64,000 nt of DNA from Hydrolagus colliei (Eukaryota): contig CM068743.1 in assembly GCA_035084275.1 (NCBI GenBank), positions 44,392,001-44,456,000 on the forward strand, in the 5' to 3' direction. The stretch's first letter is position 1. Every line of letters begins with the position of its first letter. Below, piece after piece: positions 37,749 through 51,460 of this stretch. The notes under the pieces are model-generated. The model was given only the letters and a program-made list of their open reading frames with translations, did not search any database and was not told the DNA's origin. Made by a program: the position numbers and the translations under genes.

Positions 37749-38764
37749 CATGTTTGTAGCTTTAAGAAGTAGACCATGATTTGGAAAGAACAGTGGTTGA
37801 AAAGGTAAAGTGAAATATGATGGTGAATCTGCTGGTTGTAGATGTGTTAAATAATTTTTTCACATCATTTTTCTTTTGTAATATCTGATTAGAAATAGCA
37901 TTGAACATTATAAGGATAAGTATAGTCAAGGATGATCAAATACTCCATACTACACAAGATTCATGCATTGCTGGGACCATTAATCTGTGAAAATCAATCA
38001 GTTATGGTTGAATGATATAGATTTAAGGACAGAAATATATTATAGAATCACACTCGATTATTTTGATGGTTCATGGAGAAAAATTGTGTACTTTCTTTCA
38101 GAAAAATCTGAAATATATTTAATCAGTAATGCTTGGTCCTGACTTGAAGCCATTTGATTTTTTTATCTCACTGGTGTATGGTTGCGGCAGAATCCCAGTG
38201 AAGGTTGGCATGCTGATTTTTTCAAGCATCCACCTTCAGAAGAACTGATTAGCTGGAACTAGTTGTTTAGAAACTCTGTTGAGATAAGATAACTCTAGGG
38301 CTTTCAAGAGAGTAGCCAATCCCTAGCCAATCTGGCTCAACTGTGTCTTGTGTGAATGCATCATTGAGGCAGGGGATAGGAACAAATTATTTCAAGAGAT
38401 TTGAGGAGATGCTTCAATCGGACAAATTGTGTCTTGTCTGTTGAAGGAACAGATTATTGCATTAATGACCTTGTTTCATGCTTTTGGATACTCTCATCTT
38501 CTTAAAATATATCAGGAATGGATATGGCAAGTTTTAGATTCCATTGAGGTTAGCAAGCCCATGATGTTTTATATGCCATCACCATGATCTCCTAAGGAAA
38601 GATTCCTACTCATACCCTCTACCACACCTGATTCCAAACCCCAAGCACGGATCCAAATACCTGACTGTGCTACACCTTGGGACATTCTCTTGATATGAAA
38701 GGCGCAATAGAAATATAATTTCATGTTGATGTTGCATCTACCTTCATTCATCCCATTGGTGAAT

Positions 38765-39082
38765 TAATAATAAATAAATAATAATCCTTGCATTTGATAT
38801 AAAGCTTTTCACATCTCTAGGCATCTTAAAGCGCTTCACAGAATATACTGTAAAGTTAATTTAATGTATATATTCTGTGGTTGAAATGTAGCAGCCAATT
38901 CCATGCCACAGTGTCCCACGAACAGTCATAGATTGAAGTGACAAATTTATTATTGTTTTGAGGAATCATTATTAGTTGTATGGAATAAGGAAACTTGCCC
39001 AAGGTCTCGCCCTGTCTGGGATCAAACCCAGATCTCTCGCTTGCAAGGCGTGTGCTCTAACCATTGAGCTACAGGACTCCAC
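38765..39082 (-). mobile_element. Main SINE, full length
   Basis: Complete reverse-complement match; head gagctacaggactcc. Confidence 0.9.
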
Positions 39083-39727
39083 ATCATTGAGTGTAAAATT
39101 TAGTGCAACATGAGAATATTGTCTAGCTTTCCTCATCTGAGTGCCTTTTCTCAGCAAAATATGTTGTATTCCTAATAAAATGAAGTCTTCATTCATGATA
39201 TTTTTTTTTAGACTTCTGTATGCTTCGCTCAGAATTAATATCTTGTTAATTCGCTTTCAATTACATTAACTGTGCATCTTAGCTTTTCTTTAAAAAGACA
39301 GCAGCTGCCCTCAGTCTTTATTTTTCAAATCAAAATAAATTTGTTCATGTAGAGCCTATTTTGTTAGAATGATTCAGTCATTTGTTCGTGAATACTTTCT
39401 AGTTCATAAATACTTATTGAAAAGAGAGATCTAGGAATTGCAAAGAACTGTCTAAATATGGCTTCATCAATTATCCAAGCATGGTTGAAATAGCATTCCT
39501 GATAATTCTAATAATCATGAAAAGCACTGTATCAAACGCAAGGATTATAATTATTATTATCTTTGCAGTTAGTATGGTGCCTTTCACATCAGGAAGACAT
39601 CCAAAGTGCTTCACATGATTTATAACGTATAAGGTAGAGTAGCTGTGTATTTGTAGGCAACAATTCATCTGCAAATGTCTTTGAGATTGATATAAACTCC
39701 AGCCAGGTCACAAGAGACACGCAGTTT

Positions 39728-40070
39728 AATAATAATCATTGGATTTGATATCGTGCTTTATCATATCTTCAAGGCATCTCAAAGTACTTCACAGAATGCA
39801 CTATACATTGACTGCATATTTTTGTGGGCACCAAGCAGCAGCCAATTCAGTATCCCACAAACAGTAATGGACTGATGACCAAATTTTTTTAAAAGGGATT
39901 ATACCCCAGGAAAAGCGATCTACCAATTGACTAACAAACAGATTCCGACTTGCTTCTAGGTAAACAAAGGCTTGTGGAGTAAGGAAAGCTGCATAACGTT
40001 TCACCCTGCCCAGGAATCAAACCCAGGTGCTCTTGCTTGGCAGGAGATTACTCTAATCCCTAAACCACAA
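39728..40070 (-). mobile_element. Main SINE, long subfamily
   Basis: Tail at left; extended CORE-like block gggtaaacaaagg. Confidence 0.8.
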
Positions 40071-40936
40071 GCAATTTAGAATTACTTTAAGGCATGGTAC
40101 AAGCTTCCTTCATTACAACAACAACAACAGCTTTGATTTATATAGTGCCCTGCATGGTGGACGGCATCTCAGAGAGCTTAAAATTATAGAAAATTGAAGA
40201 TGAAGCTGGCAAGTTGCTTCAAGTTTAGATATTCTAAGATCTGCGAAATTAGGCCCGATATAAAATACACTGATTAAGTTGTACTCACTAGCCCTTGGTT
40301 TGTAAATCTAAACCGATAAAAGGAAGTTTCCTATTTATCATAGGTTTAAGTGTTCTGTATTTATCTGTTTTGAGGGGAAAACAATTAAGGAAATATTTGA
40401 TTAGTTCATAGCATTTTGGGGTATACAATTACAGAAAAGATATCAGAATCATGTATAGGGTACAAAAGCAATTGATTCATTAGAATGATTTGGAAAAAAA
40501 AGTATTTTAAAACAACAACAACAACTTTGATTTATATAGCGCCCTCCGCGACAGACGGCGTCTCAGAGCGCTTCAAACTGGGATGGTATTCACTGAAGCA
40601 GAAAAGGTTAAGAGAGTACAGTATTTAAATATGTTCAAATATGTGGAAGGTAAATAGTGAGATTATTTGCAGTTGTTCAGGAATTAGTAACTTAATGACA
40701 TGGATTCTGGATCGTAACCACAGGCATACTGAAATTAAATACAAAGGTTATTAGGATGGGGTAGCAAAAGTGACTTTAAAAGACAAGATAAGTCAGTTAT
40801 ATTATTTAAAAGGGAATTAAACACTCAAAGAATAAATATATAAAAAGGAAAAGGGAAAGGTCAGGAAATTGGAATGAGAGCAGTGAGTAGTTAAATAGAC
40901 AATCTTTGTAAAATTCTTTGAGACATGCCCCTTGTG

Positions 40937-41458
40937 GAATCCTATAGCTCAGTGGTTAAAGCACTCGGCTTGCAAGCGAGAGACCTGGATTTGATTCCAG
41001 GCAGGGCAAAAACTTGGACAAGTTTCCTTACTCCACACAGCTGATAATGATCCCTCAAAAAAACAATAATGATTTGGTCACTCAATCCACGACTGTTTTT
41101 TGGACAGTGCTGTGTGCAATTGGCTGCCACGTTTCGCTCACTGAGCTCCTGTAGCTCAGTGGTTAGAGCACTCGCCTTACAAACGTGAGACCTGTGTACG
41201 AATCCAGGCAGATCAGGGCGAAAACTTGGGCAAGTTTCCTTACTCCACACGCCTAATAATAATTCCTCCAAAAGAAAAATAGTAAATTTGGTCATTTCAA
41301 TCCACAACTGTTTGTGGGAAACTGCTGCGCGCAATTGGCTCCCGAGTTTTGCCCACAAAATATACAGTCAATTCACTTTGCAGTATATTCTGTGAAGCGC
41401 TTTGAGACGTCAATAAGATGTGAAAAGTGCTATATCAAATGCAAGAATTATTATTATC
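40937..41458 (+). mobile_element. Two head-to-tail main SINEs (truncated 40937-41142, complete 41143-41458)
   Basis: Two tRNA-like heads and a single tail. Confidence 0.9.
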
Positions 41459-42776
41459 ATGGGAAAATAGGTAAATCACTCCAATTTGCTGTATTATTGT
41501 TGTTGTTAGCTCTAATGGAGGAAGCTAGTATGGTATAGGCATGTTGAGCAGAATAATCTCCCTATTTGGTTCTAATACTTGGTTAGACTTCTGGATAACT
41601 TTACATTGTCTGGATATTTTCATATTATTATTTGATATCTGTTATTTACCAATTAAAACATTCCTTTGGGGAGAAATCAAGAATTATTGTTTGACCTCAA
41701 ATTATTAAAATGATGGAATCAATACTGTATATGACTTTGTGATGCGCTGAGTCATATAATATTATCTTGAATTGTGTCTCATAGAGGAGAGGTGGAATAT
41801 AAAACATTGCTTATGCCAAACTCCTTTCAATAAATATTCATGCATTAACTTTTCAAAAGCAAAACTGAAGCCAATATCAGGAATATATTCAACAAGCCAA
41901 GACTTGTACAGAATGAATAATGTGATGAAATTTAGGCTATCGAAGTTCATCATATACCTGCTGATGTTGAAATAACGTCCTTATGAATCATTGTCACTTT
42001 GCACCAATTAACTAACTTTTATTTCCTGTAAAACAAGATGATGTTCTTTCTTAGTGAAGGAATTCCTGAAACTATGTTAGAAATCAAGCATGCTGACTGC
42101 ATCAGCAACTGCACACAGTGTGCAAGTAGCTGAAATCACTCCAATTATCTTGGAAAGAAAGGAGAACAATGGAAAGACACCCCTTGTATGCCTACTTGAT
42201 GCAATGTCTTGCCACCTATCTCTTCCAAATATTTACTTTCCTCTCCAAAAAATAGATTAGAATATTTTTGAAACACTTTGATGGTGGCTCCATTCAACAC
42301 CACTAAATTCTGCTTTCAATGGCAAAGATCTCCAGGGTGTTAGATGTTTGCCTACCTTCTTTCTAAGTTTGGATTCTCCTGAGTACATCTACATTATGTC
42401 ACATTTCATGTTCCAAACCATCTAATGTTAATTCATTTCTGTATGACAACTTAACATCGCATTTATGCTGTCAGTAAATATTGCAATGTTGGATACCAAT
42501 ACCAGGAATATTCCCTCTCCTCACAAAATATCGTAGCATGTTACTTCTGCTGAATTAACCAGCAGCCATCTTTACAGTACGTGTATAGCAATCCATAATC
42601 CATGCTCATGTTGCAGAATCAAGAAAATGAATTTTGCCTCTCATCAATATAGTTTGTAAGAATGGAAGAAAGCTGTGATGCAACTGGATCCCTGTGAGGG
42701 GAGAAATCCATGGAGAACCTAGATATGGTGAATGGCAGGAGACCGTAGAGCAGCTGAAGGCACCTGGTGCACCCCA

Positions 42777-42857
42777 GGATCCGTTATTGTGAAGCGCTCT
42801 GAGACACCGTCCGGCGTGGAGCGCGCTATATATATCAAAGTTGTTGTTGGTTGTTGT
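42777..42857 (+). mobile_element. Isolated L2 3' tail
   Basis: ggatccgttattgtgaagcgctctgagacaccgtccggcgtgg...aaagttgttg. Confidence 0.85.
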
Positions 42858-43071
42858 TATTGGAGAACATAGTTGGGGTGTGGAGGGAGTAGGCAAGCAG
42901 GTAGGATGGCATTGAACATGGGGGGTTTGGAAAGAGTTGGTGTGTCAAACCAATGTAAGATGCTGGATGAATTGATAGAGAGCACGGTTGAGTGTTGCTT
43001 GCCAGATCTTGGATTTTGTTGTGAGGAGAGGGGGATGCCATCATCGTCGGCCATTGGTGAGGTAAACTCAC

Positions 43072-43299
43072 TTGACGCCGACAGCTTCGGGCAGTTCCCC
43101 TGCGATGCCTTTCACCTGCAAGTGGCGGATCATCTCGTCGTGGGAGATCCAGACGGCGATGGGGCTGCTGCTGCTGTGCGAACTGGCCGGACATGCCGTG
43201 TTCGAGGTACCACGACGGTCACCAAGTCGCCGGTTATACCAGCTGAGGAGCCGATCGGTTTTGGGGCCTGATACCACATTGGGCCCTGTTTCCTGCCAT
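43072..43299 (-). pseudogene. Frameshifted exon resembling a Myb/SANT (Harbinger-type) DNA-binding domain
   Basis: aaaATGGCAGG start (MAGNRAQ), TDRLL, AVWISHDEMIRHLQVKGIAGELPEAVGVK ending at an AA|gtgagt donor; CpG-rich. Family assignment rests on pattern resemblance only. Confidence 0.35.
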
Positions 43300-43698
43300 T
43301 TTGAAGATCGTCCGGGCGGGCGGCGGGGAGAAGGAGCAGTTGCTGGACTATTGTTAGTTGTTGATTGTTATTGTTTGTGTTGTTTATATTGTTGATTTTG
43401 TTGTTTATTGTTTTTGTTTGATTCCCCCCCTTGCCCCCCAGCCTTTCCCCCCCGCTCTTCTTCCCTCACTCCCGTTCCCCACTTTCTCTTCCCCGTTTTT
43501 CCCTTCTCTCCCTCTTCCCTCTTGCCCTCCTTTCTCCTTGATTTTGGCCCCCACCCACCTTTCCCGCTCTCTCTCTCCTTTGCCCCCCATTTCTCCCCCT
43601 CTTCCTCCCTGACCTTGCTCTACATCAGCTTTCCCTGCCTCTCCCTCCCTCTCCCCCCCTTGCCCTCTTTTCCCCCTTTCTCCCCTGGCCCCATCTCT

Positions 43699-44077
43699 GC
43701 GACTGTTTGTGGCACTGCTGTGAGCAATTTGGTTGCCGCATTTTGCCCACAAGTATACAGTAGGCTTTTCTGCTCTCCTTCCCCCTGCCCCAACCCCTCC
43801 CCTTAACATCTTTTTCCCCCCATTTCCCTTAATCCCACTTGCATGACTGTTTGTGGGACACCGCTGTGCGCAATCTGACTGCTGCGTTTCATCTACAAAT
43901 ATGCAGTCAATTTTCCTACTCTTCTTCATCCTGCCCCGAACCCTTCCCCCCTGCATTTGTCCCTATCTGACTGTACAGCACCTTGGGACGTCCTCTCAAC
44001 GTAAAAAGGCTCTATATAAATGTAAGTTTTGATTGATTGATTGGCTGGCTGATTGATTGATTGATTGATTGATTGAT
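43699..44077 (+). mobile_element. Two Deu-like blocks plus L2-type tail ending in (TTGA)n
   Basis: gactgtttgtgg...cagt at ~43701 and ~43845; tail gcaccttgggacgtcc...tatataaatgtaag. Confidence 0.75.
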
Positions 44078-45129
44078 GCAAGGTCTTGTAGCAACACCTA
44101 TTAGACGCACATCCATCTCGGGTCTAGTAAAAGCTGTTTGCTGTATGTATCTGGCAGGAATCATACAGCGTGATTACGGGCATGTTGGAGCATTTACAAG
44201 GCAGCAATATCAAATGGTCCAGATGATATCATGAATCTGACATATTTACTTAAGAATCTGAACACTGAGAAATAAATCTGGCCCATTGCTATATGGGAAT
44301 TCAAAATAGTTGCACATGATTTTGAAAATTATGCTTTGGTCTCTGCTGTAGTGTAAACTAGAAGGAAAGTGACCATCCCCAACACCAGTGAATTATTGAC
44401 TGAAATTCTGGTGTTGCTTAACAGATTAAACATGACAATAGTTAATTTCTCCCAAACACCCCACACACACATACACACACACTCACTGTAAAAGGTACAG
44501 GAGTGAAGATTGTTCTCCAATTATTTATCATATAACAAATTACTTATTTATCTTTTGTCAACAGCAGATGTAATAGCTGACAGATTCCTGTGATTCTGCC
44601 ATGTGATTAGAACTGAAGTGTTATTGCTCTATGCAATTGGAATTTCAGCTCTATTGGTTTTATTTCAATGTCTGTTGAGAAGAATAGTATGCTCTGTGTA
44701 CTATGTGTGATGGGTTCCCACTTTTTGGTTGCTCAGACATAATGTCCAGATGCATTGGGCTGCAGACTTCACCGGAGCTGCTGTCAATGCTGAAATACTG
44801 ATTGACAATAGGTGCATGTTGTGGACCACAGTGGATTTCTTACCAGTCTCTCCTCCCATAAGATAGAGCACACCTCTCCTTCAAGGCATTCCATATGTAT
44901 ATCAGGGTGACAACCATTGAAACAAACACAGGGGAAGGCAAATAATTTTTAAAACAATAGATGGAGAGAGACCTAATTTTTAAGTGACACAACTAGATGA
45001 ATAAAATGCATAATCTTCAACTAAATACATTACTTGAATTTATGAAATGCTTCAAGCTTCTGATTGATTCAACATTTTAACTAACAATAAAATATATTTT
45101 GTACATAGGTTTAAAACTAAGCCACCTAG

Positions 45130-45400
45130 CAGCATTATTGGGAGTGCTGTCCTTTGAACAAGATGTCTGACTGAGCTCTTGTCCACCTGTTTACGTGGAC
45201 ATTAAGGATCCCTTGGGACTATTCAAAATGAGAACAAATTTCTCCTGGTGTCCTGGCCAAATTCACATCATGGCTGTTTGTATGATATTGTCTCCAAATA
45301 CACAATGAATTCACATTAAACTAAATTATCTGAAACCCTTTGAGACATCTCAGTGATGTCCTAGGGCATTATATCAAATGAAAGATGAATTACATTGGAT
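45130..45400 (+). mobile_element. Old Deu-SINE relic
   Basis: gtgctgtcctttga...ttaaggatcc...tctcctggtgtcctggccaa...ggctgtttgt. Confidence 0.65.
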
Positions 45401-45929
45401 TGTATAAGTCATTATTTTGAACATTATTTTTTAAAAATTACTTATCATCCTTTTTTCTTGTTTGTATTAATTGAGAATTTGTGTAATTATTTTGCTTAGA
45501 CCAATAATTAGATTACTTTTTAGTTAAATTAATGTTATTGATGTACATAAGAAAGAAATCAAAGCATTGTTGGGTTATCTGGCCCATAATTTGAAGCTTT
45601 CTTCAGATATAATGGATGAGAATTTTTTTGCTAATATATCCACTTCATATATATGGCAATTAATTGTTGCCTCTGATATTTCTGAAGTGAATATTAGTAT
45701 AATTCGGAAACCAACTGCTTTGTCATCTCTGCATGAGAAAGTCTGAAATATAATTTTGAGGCTTACGTATCCCAATACATTTGATGTTGAAGGGAAATCA
45801 CAATTTTTCTATTTCCTGACCTTTTTTGACTATATGCAATGACTTGTGTTCTGGTGGAGTTTGAACAACACTGTTAAACCTCCAAGGCTTCACCCATTCT
45901 CTAAGTGATGTCCCATTTGAGAGCTTATT

Positions 45930-46130
45930 CACCACTTTGAAGTCACAATCCAGGGTGACATTCCAATGCAATAATGGGAGGTTTGCTTTGTTGGAGGTGC
46001 TGTCCTTCAGTTGAAACATTGAACCAAGATCCCATCAAAGTGATCAGATGGATATTAAAGACACCTTATTATTCATTAAGAGAAGCAATGTGTCTTGGCC
46101 AGGGGAGTTTGGCCCTATTTTAATCAACCC
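45930..46130 (+). mobile_element. Old Deu-SINE relic
   Basis: gttggaggtgctgtccttcagttgaaacattgaaccaag...ttaaaga. Confidence 0.6.
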
Positions 46131-47461
46131 TACATTTGCATACAAATGTTAACACTCAAGATTATAGATTCTGTTTTACTTATTTTACCACTCCAACTAA
46201 AGCGCCAAATTTGTTCTTGTCTATCAAATACCACCACCACCACCACTACCATCATATTCAAGCACAAATGAGATAATATTGGCACACACCAAGAATTCAA
46301 CATGGAACTATCTTGGCCATTATTGACCTTGTAATGAATCAGAGCATAACATGTATCCACTGAACCACCAAGGAAGCTAAAGCTTAGTGCATCAATAATG
46401 ATAGGAACAAATGGTAAGGAATAATATGTTGCCTATGTATACTTTTGGTTTGTAATTAAAACATTCAGATAAATAAAACTGTTTCTTTTTGGTTTCTGTT
46501 TCAACGCTAAAACACTGGTACTTTTAGTGTTGTATAAAGTCCTAAACAATCCAATAACTGTTCTATTCACTTATTCCTATAGATTTACACAAATCTCTAT
46601 GCCTGTATTAGTTTCTGTTGCACATGTAATCCAGAATGATTTGTGGAGCTCATGGAAAAAAAAATCAATGAATAGAGTAAGAAAATAACTTCTGTTATAC
46701 AATGTTAAATTATTTGTAATAATGGCAGGTTTTCCCATATGTTTTGTATGATCTAAATGCTAGTCATAGCTGGGAGTTCTGAACTATAACAGCCTAAAAA
46801 TATCCTTACCTACTGACAGAATATTGGTAAATTGTGGAAATAAATAATTTATTATAAAACCGGAGGCAACAATGAAAGGCTTGTAGCGGTAAAACAAATC
46901 TATAAAGTTCAGATGTATCTGCCAAATTTATTCCAATGGAAAGTAACCAAGTGCTGGGTTGGAAGAATGACCCGTTTAAGGAGATCTTTCTACCATTTTG
47001 CCTACTATTAATCTAGCAAGCCAGATTGCAAATTTGCTGTTTGTGGAAAACTACAGGGACTGGGTCACTTTGGATCCCAATTATCTAACACAGAAGGAGA
47101 AAAAGACCACTGTCGCTGAAAATAAAAGATTAATTAATCAAAGCGATTTGAACAAGACAACTTTCAGCAAATGACCTGCCTCGCAGGCTAAACAATTCTG
47201 ACAATCTGCACACTTAAATAATTTAGATAATCTAAACCTGTCAAATGGGCATAGACCTCAGTAATCTCAATTGTGAGTCAGATCTCAAATTTGCTTGAAC
47301 CTAATTTCTGGTACTGTACAACACTGATTATTATTGTTAAGATAAGCAGGTATTTTGCTAACAATCACTCAAATCGTTATGTTCCATGGACTGAAAGTTC
47401 TGTGGCTTAACTATTGCCTCTGATCTCCTGGAGGAAGAGATCACAGATATTTATTGTCATT

Positions 47462-47660
47462 GAACCAACACCACCAAAATCATTGCAACCGGTGATAACA
47501 ATCACACCAGGAAGCAGTGACAGTCATCAAATTACTAGCCATGATATCCATTACACTACAAACCAGTGATAAACATCTAATCAACAACCAGATAACTAAG
47601 ACACCACCAACCAGTAATAGTCATCATATACACCATTAACTAGTGGTAATTATCCCACTA
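47462..47660. repeat. Degenerate minisatellite, ~25 bp period
   Basis: An aaccagtgata-like core recurs about seven times (near 47486, 47511, 47535, 47560, 47586, 47608, 47637). Confidence 0.6.
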
Positions 47661-50399
47661 CAATTATTTTCTGCTTGTCTGCAAAGTTAAAACTTTGCAA
47701 AGAATTTTGGAGTGGAATTCTTCTACTACAATGCATCAAGGTCTGTAAATTTACCTACAAGTGGATAACTTGTTCTCTTCTCCCATCAAAACAACTGCAG
47801 TTCATTTTTGGCAAGGACAGGGTGTGCTATGAAGCTTTCAGTGCTGAACTCAATAGTGTGGTTAAGCTAGACTGACTACATGCTACAGTATGTACAAGTG
47901 TTTTATTTATTTCTACTGTAAAACCAATCAGTCCTTTGGGAAAATATGAACATAAATATGACTTTGAATATTGCACCTTATCTGCTCAAAAAGTAATTTA
48001 TTTGATCTGAGGCAATAAATATTTTTGTGATGATTGTCAATGGGACGAGATGACAGAAATGCACTCAGATTTTTGGAAAAATATGGTCATTATTAAAACT
48101 GTTAGTGCTGTTTAGTACTGTTCACTATTTTCAATAAACATAAATATAATAACAGATTATAAACCAATGCCTAGCCAAGTTATAGCTTGTATTGCACTTT
48201 CCTTTCACTGATGCTATTTTTCATTTTTCTTCACTGGATACATTTCTGATGATGTCCCATTATAACTAAATAATTTATGCCCTTCTGGTTGGGTTTGTAG
48301 CTCTAACCATATTAATGGCTCTCCCTGCACACATTTTTTTTCTGATCAATGTTTCTACTTCCCTTCTCAGCAAAAATCTCCACATCTCTCACTTCATCTT
48401 TGCCATATGCTATTAGGGACAACTTGTGTAAAATCAGTACACCTTGATTAACAGTACAGCCTGTTAAAAGCTTCATTTACAACCTGGGCTGATGGCCCAG
48501 AATCTCAAGCAATGAAAGTGATGGGTAATGACTTAGACTTATAGCCTTGACTGACAATGGTGTGCTTTGGAAATTTTCAAGCTGGCCATTAGACTGGTCA
48601 ACCACTTTGTAGGGAAATGGGCAGTGGAAAGAAGACAAGTAATTTTAAGTGCTTCACTGAACCATCAACTTGGGAATTTAATATATGTGTGTCTCAGATT
48701 GACGTCTTATTCGTCTGAAAGAGGGACAATACATTTTTTGAAGAAAATTCACAAGATTATAAGGTTTTCCATGTGTTCCCATATTCACTGATCATGAATA
48801 AGCCTCCATGAAATACATGCTGTTTAGGATAATTATATTCATCTGAAATACCAGTGTGGGCAACTCCAGTGAAGTTGACAATATATTTTCTTATGCATAA
48901 CATGGAGCTGTGAATTTCAAAAACATGGTCAAACTATTAATACTGCAGCTGAACTGAAGTACAAAGCCTGAACGGATCAACATGGCAGCAGACATTTACA
49001 GCCTTTGCATCATTCAGTAATTATTTGCAATTATATGAATGCAATTTTGAATCCCAGGAATAATACTTATTTGGCTTCCAATTAGCGTATTTTAAATATT
49101 AAAGTTGGATGTCAAAGACCCGATGATACTATTCAAATAGAGAAGGGAATTTCTCCCAGAGTCCTAACTAACAGTCCTGCAAATAATATTGGCGATTCAC
49201 TTCATGGCTTTTTGTGAGACATAGTTTTGTGAAATTGGACATCTGCAGTATATATTGTGAAGTTCTTTGAAATGTCTTCCCAAATGTGAAAGCTATACTA
49301 AATGCATAGATTATTAAAATATTTGAATTACAGTATTATTATTTTGCATTTAGCTGAATAATGATGAAGCAGAAATGATGGCATCATACCATGGTTTAAT
49401 GTGTGACAATTTACAGTGTTGCCACTCTTATGAGAATCTCTGATCCTCACTGCATCTCACTTCAGAAGCCATACTTTTTCTCCCATTGATAGTGAATCTA
49501 CATTTAAACTGATTCGATAGGAAGAATTAAACATGCTTCTGAGGTTGCAACCAAAAAAATATTGTTAGTAACACATGTAACTGATAAAATTCTGAGATTT
49601 GTATAGAATTAGCAAAACAACAAATCCTGGAATGTCATAGCTGACTCATTGGAACTCCCCTTAGGTGTCAATCATAGCCATGAGTTCTGTGAAGTCATCA
49701 TCTGAGCAGTTCAAGAGGATTGTCTACAATTATTGAGGGATTTATTATTTAGTAATACTGTTGTAAATTAGTCAATTCTAGTTCCATATTGTGAAATTAT
49801 TGGTAGTTGGCAACAAAATAAGGATGATCATAATCCTATGAAGAGTGTTCTAGGAACACAAAATACTTGCCCCATTTTAATCCACTGAATGTGTTTCAAA
49901 CAAAGTTCTTCCTGGCAAGAGGAATCCTATATAGTGCCCTGTAGCGCCTCTTGAACAAGTGCAAGTTGTTGCTGTTGCCTGCTTTAAAAGGCTGCTTATA
50001 GAAAAGAATAACTGATCTGCATTTTGAGGAAGCAGATTTGCTGAACTTTCCTTTGAGATGGAAGAGATAACTTCAGGAGGCCTGAGTGCCTCACAATCAG
50101 AAATAGTTAAAGCGACCTAAAACAAAGTTTTTACTTCATCACTGTCTCTATCATGATAGAAAATTATGCAGCGAGTTCACTAACACATTCTGAAACTTAT
50201 TAAGTGCTTTGAGACGTCTTGAAGCTGTGAAAAGCGCTATATCTAATACAAGGATTATTAGTATTAATATTGATTTTATGGACTTATCTGTTGCAAGGAA
50301 TACTATATACTGTACTCTGCAGCACTCTAATGGGTAATTGTACGGTATGGGTAATTGTACTGTACTCTAATGGGTAATTTGGTCCAAATAGTCCACGCT

Positions 50400-50735
50400 G
50401 ATGTTGATATGCCACATGACCGATCATATTCCCCTCTCATTATCCTTTCCCACACAACAGTATCCTTTGCCTCCGCTCTATTGGGTTCTGCCTCCTCCTT
50501 GTCCTCTGAATCCTCTGCTCCAACATCGACGGCCGTGCTTTCAGCTGCTACGCTCTGAAACTCTAGAAGTCCCTCCCTCAATCCCTTCATCTCACCTCTT
50601 CCTTTTCCATCTTTTAAAGATGCGCCTTCGGTCACCTTCCCCTTCCCCCTGCCTTGGCCCGGGCACTGCTATTGTGAAGCTCTCTGAGATGCTGCCTGAC
50701 ATGGAGGGGGCTATATAAATGCAAGTTGTTGTTGT
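50400..50735 (+). mobile_element. L2 3' fragment
   Basis: Pyrimidine-rich 3' region and tail gctattgtgaagc...ctatataaatgcaagttgttg. Confidence 0.8.
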
Positions 50736-51460
50736 ATCTGGTTCTTTCATAATTGAAAACTAAAAGCAAATGTTATTGCTGAAGTTATTGAGGGCAATAA
50801 CAGTTATCATGAACAAATGTGTCTTACTTTCATGTTTTGTAAATTAATTCAGGAATTTTGTGAGGTTTATGAATATTTAATAAACAGCAAATACAGGAAT
50901 GTAAACTATCAATAGCAATACAGGAATATTCTGTTTTTTTGGTTTGTGAGTTCAATTTGAATCATTAACTATTTTCTGTTTTGCATTCATGCTTTCACCC
51001 TTCACATTATTAAAGTATAAAGAGAAATATGAAAAGCCAATCATTCCATCCCACTCACCCATTACCCATTGCAACCTTTTCTATCCAAACTCAAAGTTGT
51101 TGACTCAGGAACCAGTCGAACTAATCAATGATTGCTTCAAATGACTTATTATTTACTGTGTTTGGTTATTCCATAGCCTGCCAAAGCTGTTCCTAGTCAG
51201 CTGAATAGAAACTAGATTAACATGCTTAAGAGATTCCAAATCAAATTAATGAAAGTTCTACCTGCATAAGGTTTCCATTTCTACACTGCAAAGCTTGTCT
51301 CTTTCTCCAGATAAGAGTGCAGTTAATAATAATACATGTACTTGCATTTGATATAGCATTTTTCACATTTTCTCCAAGTCTCAAAGTACTTCACAGTATA
51401 CACTGGAAAGTGAATTGAATGTATATTTTTGAGCAGAACGCGCCAGCCAATTATGCACAG

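Noticed and set aside
41143-41215. tRNA-like sequences (also at 5460, 14603, 18728, 59540 and others)
   Set aside because: They are SINE heads: each continues into the SINE body and lacks a proper acceptor stem.
42873-43271. 132-aa plus-strand ORF
   Set aside because: It reads as the antisense shadow of the GC-rich minus-strand frame in the same codon register; no recognisable domain.
43358-43956. Long ORFs of 84-183 aa
   Set aside because: Artefacts of a low-complexity pyrimidine/purine tract and Deu-like sequence.
47462-47660. CRISPR-like spaced repeats
   Set aside because: The period is only ~25 bp, the cores are degenerate, the spacers resemble each other, the context is eukaryotic and there are no cas genes. 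This is a decayed minisatellite.
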